Positions 61,535-64,000 of a DNA stretch of 64,000 nucleotides are shown here, one piece after another. Source of the stretch: an uncultured Solirubrobacterales bacterium (GTDB lineage Bacteria; Actinomycetota; Thermoleophilia; Solirubrobacterales; Solirubrobacteraceae). Made by a program: the position numbers and the translations under genes. Numbering within the stretch: the stretch's first letter is position 1; each line of letters begins with the position of its first letter. Where the stretch lies: positions 24,190 to 88,189 of the forward strand of contig CAVQWW010000006.1 of NCBI GenBank assembly GCA_963717785.1. The letters run 5' to 3'. The notes below the pieces were generated by a model that searched no databases, was not told the DNA's origin, and saw only the letters and a program-made list of their open reading frames with translations.

Positions 61535-62650
61535 TCATGTGTGTCCCGACTGTGGCAACTCCGCCAACCGTGACGCTCGTTTGCCCTCAAGCAGTCGCCG
61601 TACCCATACCTGGACGATCAGCACCGTTACGAGCAAAGAGAAGCAGACGAACACGATCTGAGGGTTGCCTGTGAGCGCCAGGTCGATCGCGCTCGCATTC
61701 ACGAACGAGTGCAGGCCGATACCCGGCAGCAGTGAGCCGGTGCGCTCGTAGAGCAAGCACGCGATCACGCCGAACGACGCCTTGACCGGCAGCGTATCGA
61801 GTGGGTAGCTGGTGATATGCACGAGCCCGAACAGCACCCCGGCTAGCAGCGCGGCCGACAGGATTGAAAGTCGGTTGCGCAGGCTGCGATATAGAAGACC
61901 GCGGAAGAAGACTTCCTCGACGATCGGCGCGATGGCTGCGACCGCGATGATCGCGAGCACGACGTTGACTGTGCTCTGGTGCTTGACATTCGCAAGCGTG
62001 TCAACGCCAGCTTGCGGTTGCACCGTTATCAGCCACAAGACAGTGATCGCTATATAGGCGACAAGCGCGAGAACAGCGAGCCCGATCGATCGCACGGCGG
62101 GCACGGCACGTAGGCCGAGATCCTCGTATGAGAGACCGTACTTGCGTCTGAGCGGCAGCAGCGAGCAGAGCAGCACCGCGTCTACGATCAGCACGCCCAC
62201 GCCCACGCGCAGGTGTACACCGAGACCGAAGTGCAGGACGCTCGCCAGCGCGACCACTCCTGCGAACGTGCACCCATACGCAACAAGCGCGTATCGCGCC
62301 GACCATTGCTGTGAGCGGGCTGTTGGCGTAGGCCACGATATCGGCTCAGACAGCTGTGCGTTAACACGCCTGTCATAGTCGCGACAAATCCAGAGTGACG
62401 TTACGATGCCGCCGAACCAGGCGAGAATTATCAGGCCCCCAGAGAGGTCTTCGCCACCGCTGCCAGAGGGTTCTACCCCAGCAAGGACCCACCCGGCAAG
62501 GGCGAATATCGACCATAGGACGCCCAGCACCGTCCAAAGTCGAACTCCACACCGCAACCCAACGGGAATCGGAGCCCATGATCCGAGCCCAAACGGGAGC
62601 AGCGAGAACCACAGCCAACGTCTTCGCCATGCTTTTCTACGTAGGCTCAT
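61535..62650 (-). CDS. CPBP/Abi (CAAX protease-like) intramembrane metalloprotease with extra N-terminal TM domain
   Basis: PIVEEVFFRG, FGLVH, GSLLPGIGLHSFVN. Confidence 0.9.
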   Translation of the reverse strand: MSLRRKAWRRRWLWFSLLPFGLGSWAPIPVGLRCGVRLWTVLGVLWSIFALAGWVLAGVEPSGSGGEDLSGGLIILAWFGGIVTSLWICRDYDRRVNAQLSEPISWPTPTARSQQWSARYALVAYGCTFAGVVALASVLHFGLGVHLRVGVGVLIVDAVLLCSLLPLRRKYGLSYEDLGLRAVPAVRSIGLAVLALVAYIAITVLWLITVQPQAGVDTLANVKHQSTVNVVLAIIAVAAIAPIVEEVFFRGLLYRSLRNRLSILSAALLAGVLFGLVHITSYPLDTLPVKASFGVIACLLYERTGSLLPGIGLHSFVNASAIDLALTGNPQIVFVCFSLLVTVLIVQVWVRRLLEGKRASRLAELPQSGHT

Positions 62651-62840
62651 CAGCCGAATCGTGATCGTCAACAACGGTCACCGCATGCGAGTCGGTCGGC
62701 CGCTCAGCCGACCGACTCCCGTGAAGACGTCGCCACACCCAGCGGATCAGCGCCCAAAACTTCTCCACGATCACTTCTGCAATTAGCTCCGTCACCGACA
62801 GACTCCACCGTGCGCCGACGACCGAGCCCACCTCCGGCAA
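62637..62840 (-). CDS. Possible small protein (candidate RHS immunity)
   Basis: Short ORF between the RHS stop and CPBP gene; amphipathic ELIAEVIVEKFWALIRWVWRRL. Confidence 0.3.
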   Translation of the reverse strand: MPEVGSVVGARWSLSVTELIAEVIVEKFWALIRWVWRRLHGSRSAERPTDSHAVTVVDDHDSADEPT

Positions 62841-62903
62841 TCGATCCAGCTTCTCTGCGACTCCACCAAGCTGGAGTTCACGAACGCCGAGTCATCTCTC
62901 GGC

Positions 62904-64000
62904 CTACTCGAGAACAAGTGTCTCAATAATGATCCTTCCGGCCTGTACCACCTTCTTGGTTATATATCTCACGGGCGCCCAGTTTTTAGGTTCCGGGAAC
63001 GGACAATCATTCTGCCGTGCGCAAGCTGATGCAGCTGGCCGAGACCTTATGGTTCGACTAAGCAACGAGTGATTACCGCCGCACCCCGGGAACACGTGAC
63101 AAATATGATTGACGTTCTTGCGGACACCACCATTGGTCGTGCCTTCCTGTGACTGCAACGGTGAGAAGGTCGCACCTTCCCCTATCGGCTGGTAGAACAC
63201 CGCCTCTTCCACATGCCCTTCTCCGCCTTCCGGCTTAGCGCCGTGGTGGTACGAGGCGTATTCGTATCCGCCTTCTTCTTCTCCTTCTTCGTATTCTTCC
63301 CATTCTTCCCAGGATTCTTCTCCTTCTCCGGGGAACATTGGGCCGGCTACCGCTTCGGCTTCGCGGGCTGCGGCTTCTGCGGCTGCGCGTGCCGCGGCGT
63401 TGATCGCTGCCTGTTCTGCGGCCGCTGCGGCGGCCCTTCCTTCCATGTTGGCGATGCGTGAGGCTGATGGGCCGGCGTAGGTGTAGGCGCCGGTGGGGTC
63501 GGTGGTATTGATCGGGTCGCCGTAGGTGTAGGTGTAGGCGTTGGCGGAGCCGCCGGGGATCGGGTCGTCCTGGAGGAAGCGGCCGATCTGTGGGACGTAG
63601 GAGCGGGCGCCCATGGCGACGACGCCGCTGGGTAGTTCGGTGGGGAGCTGTAGGGCGCCGAGCCAGGAGTACTTGGGTGGGCAGGCTGCGTGGTGGGCAC
63701 GCCGTACTCGTTGTGTCCGCGTTGGAGGCGAGGCTCCCTGTCGTTTCGGAGAGGTAGGCGGTGGCGATGATGTCGCCGTGGAGGTTGGTTAGCTGTAGCA
63801 CTGGGGCTTCGCCGTTGCTCTGGACGGCCGCGAGCTGGCCGTGGACGCCCGTTATGTTACGGGTCCATTGCTCCGGACGTGTTCGTCGTCCACGACGGAG
63901 CCGGGCTTGCTCCGGCGTAGTGGGAGGTCACGGTCGAGATCGTTTTGCCCGTGGATACTGGTTTCGCGGGCGCGTCCGGCGGGGTCGAGCTGGTAGCCGA
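62904..64000 (-). CDS. RHS repeat-associated core protein, C-terminal part (runs off window; frameshifts)
   Basis: LQLTNLHGD, KYSWLG, MGARSYVPQIGRFLQDDP..GGSANAYTY..GDPINTTDPTG. Confidence 0.9.

Overview
High-GC actinobacterial chromosome segment spanning the replication origin. Gene content and order suggest Thermoleophilia/Solirubrobacterales (inference). The core is gyrA'-gyrB-dciA-recF-dnaN-oriC-dnaA / rpmH-rnpA-yidD-yidC-jag-parS-rsmG-parA-parB-tRNA-Ile, followed by cell-envelope genes, an amino-sugar Gtr-type glycosylation cluster, heme genes (hemB, ahb-like, hemL), a Bacillus-type qcrABC, menG, a polyprenyl synthase, tatC, purU and tRNA-Lys. Many essential genes carry single-base frameshifts, most likely read or assembly indels. 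Two accessory blocks sit directly 3' of tRNAs. (1) After tRNA-Ile there is an integrase-less cassette: a winged-HTH regulator divergent from an NDT-MazG fusion, a QW-toroid/AAA+ ATPase and a P-loop nucleotide kinase. This is a candidate undescribed nucleotide-targeting conflict/defence system. (2) After tRNA-Lys there is an island with a divergent DDE transposase under an apparent antisense-RNA plus leader-peptide control. It also carries a PadR-ABC exporter-terpene synthase (DUF2600/YtpB)-IclR-IclR operon, a candidate terpenoid signalling module, and the 3' end of an RHS toxin with a CPBP protease gene. No CRISPR array or rRNA was seen. All calls come from motif recognition by eye; no database searches were run.
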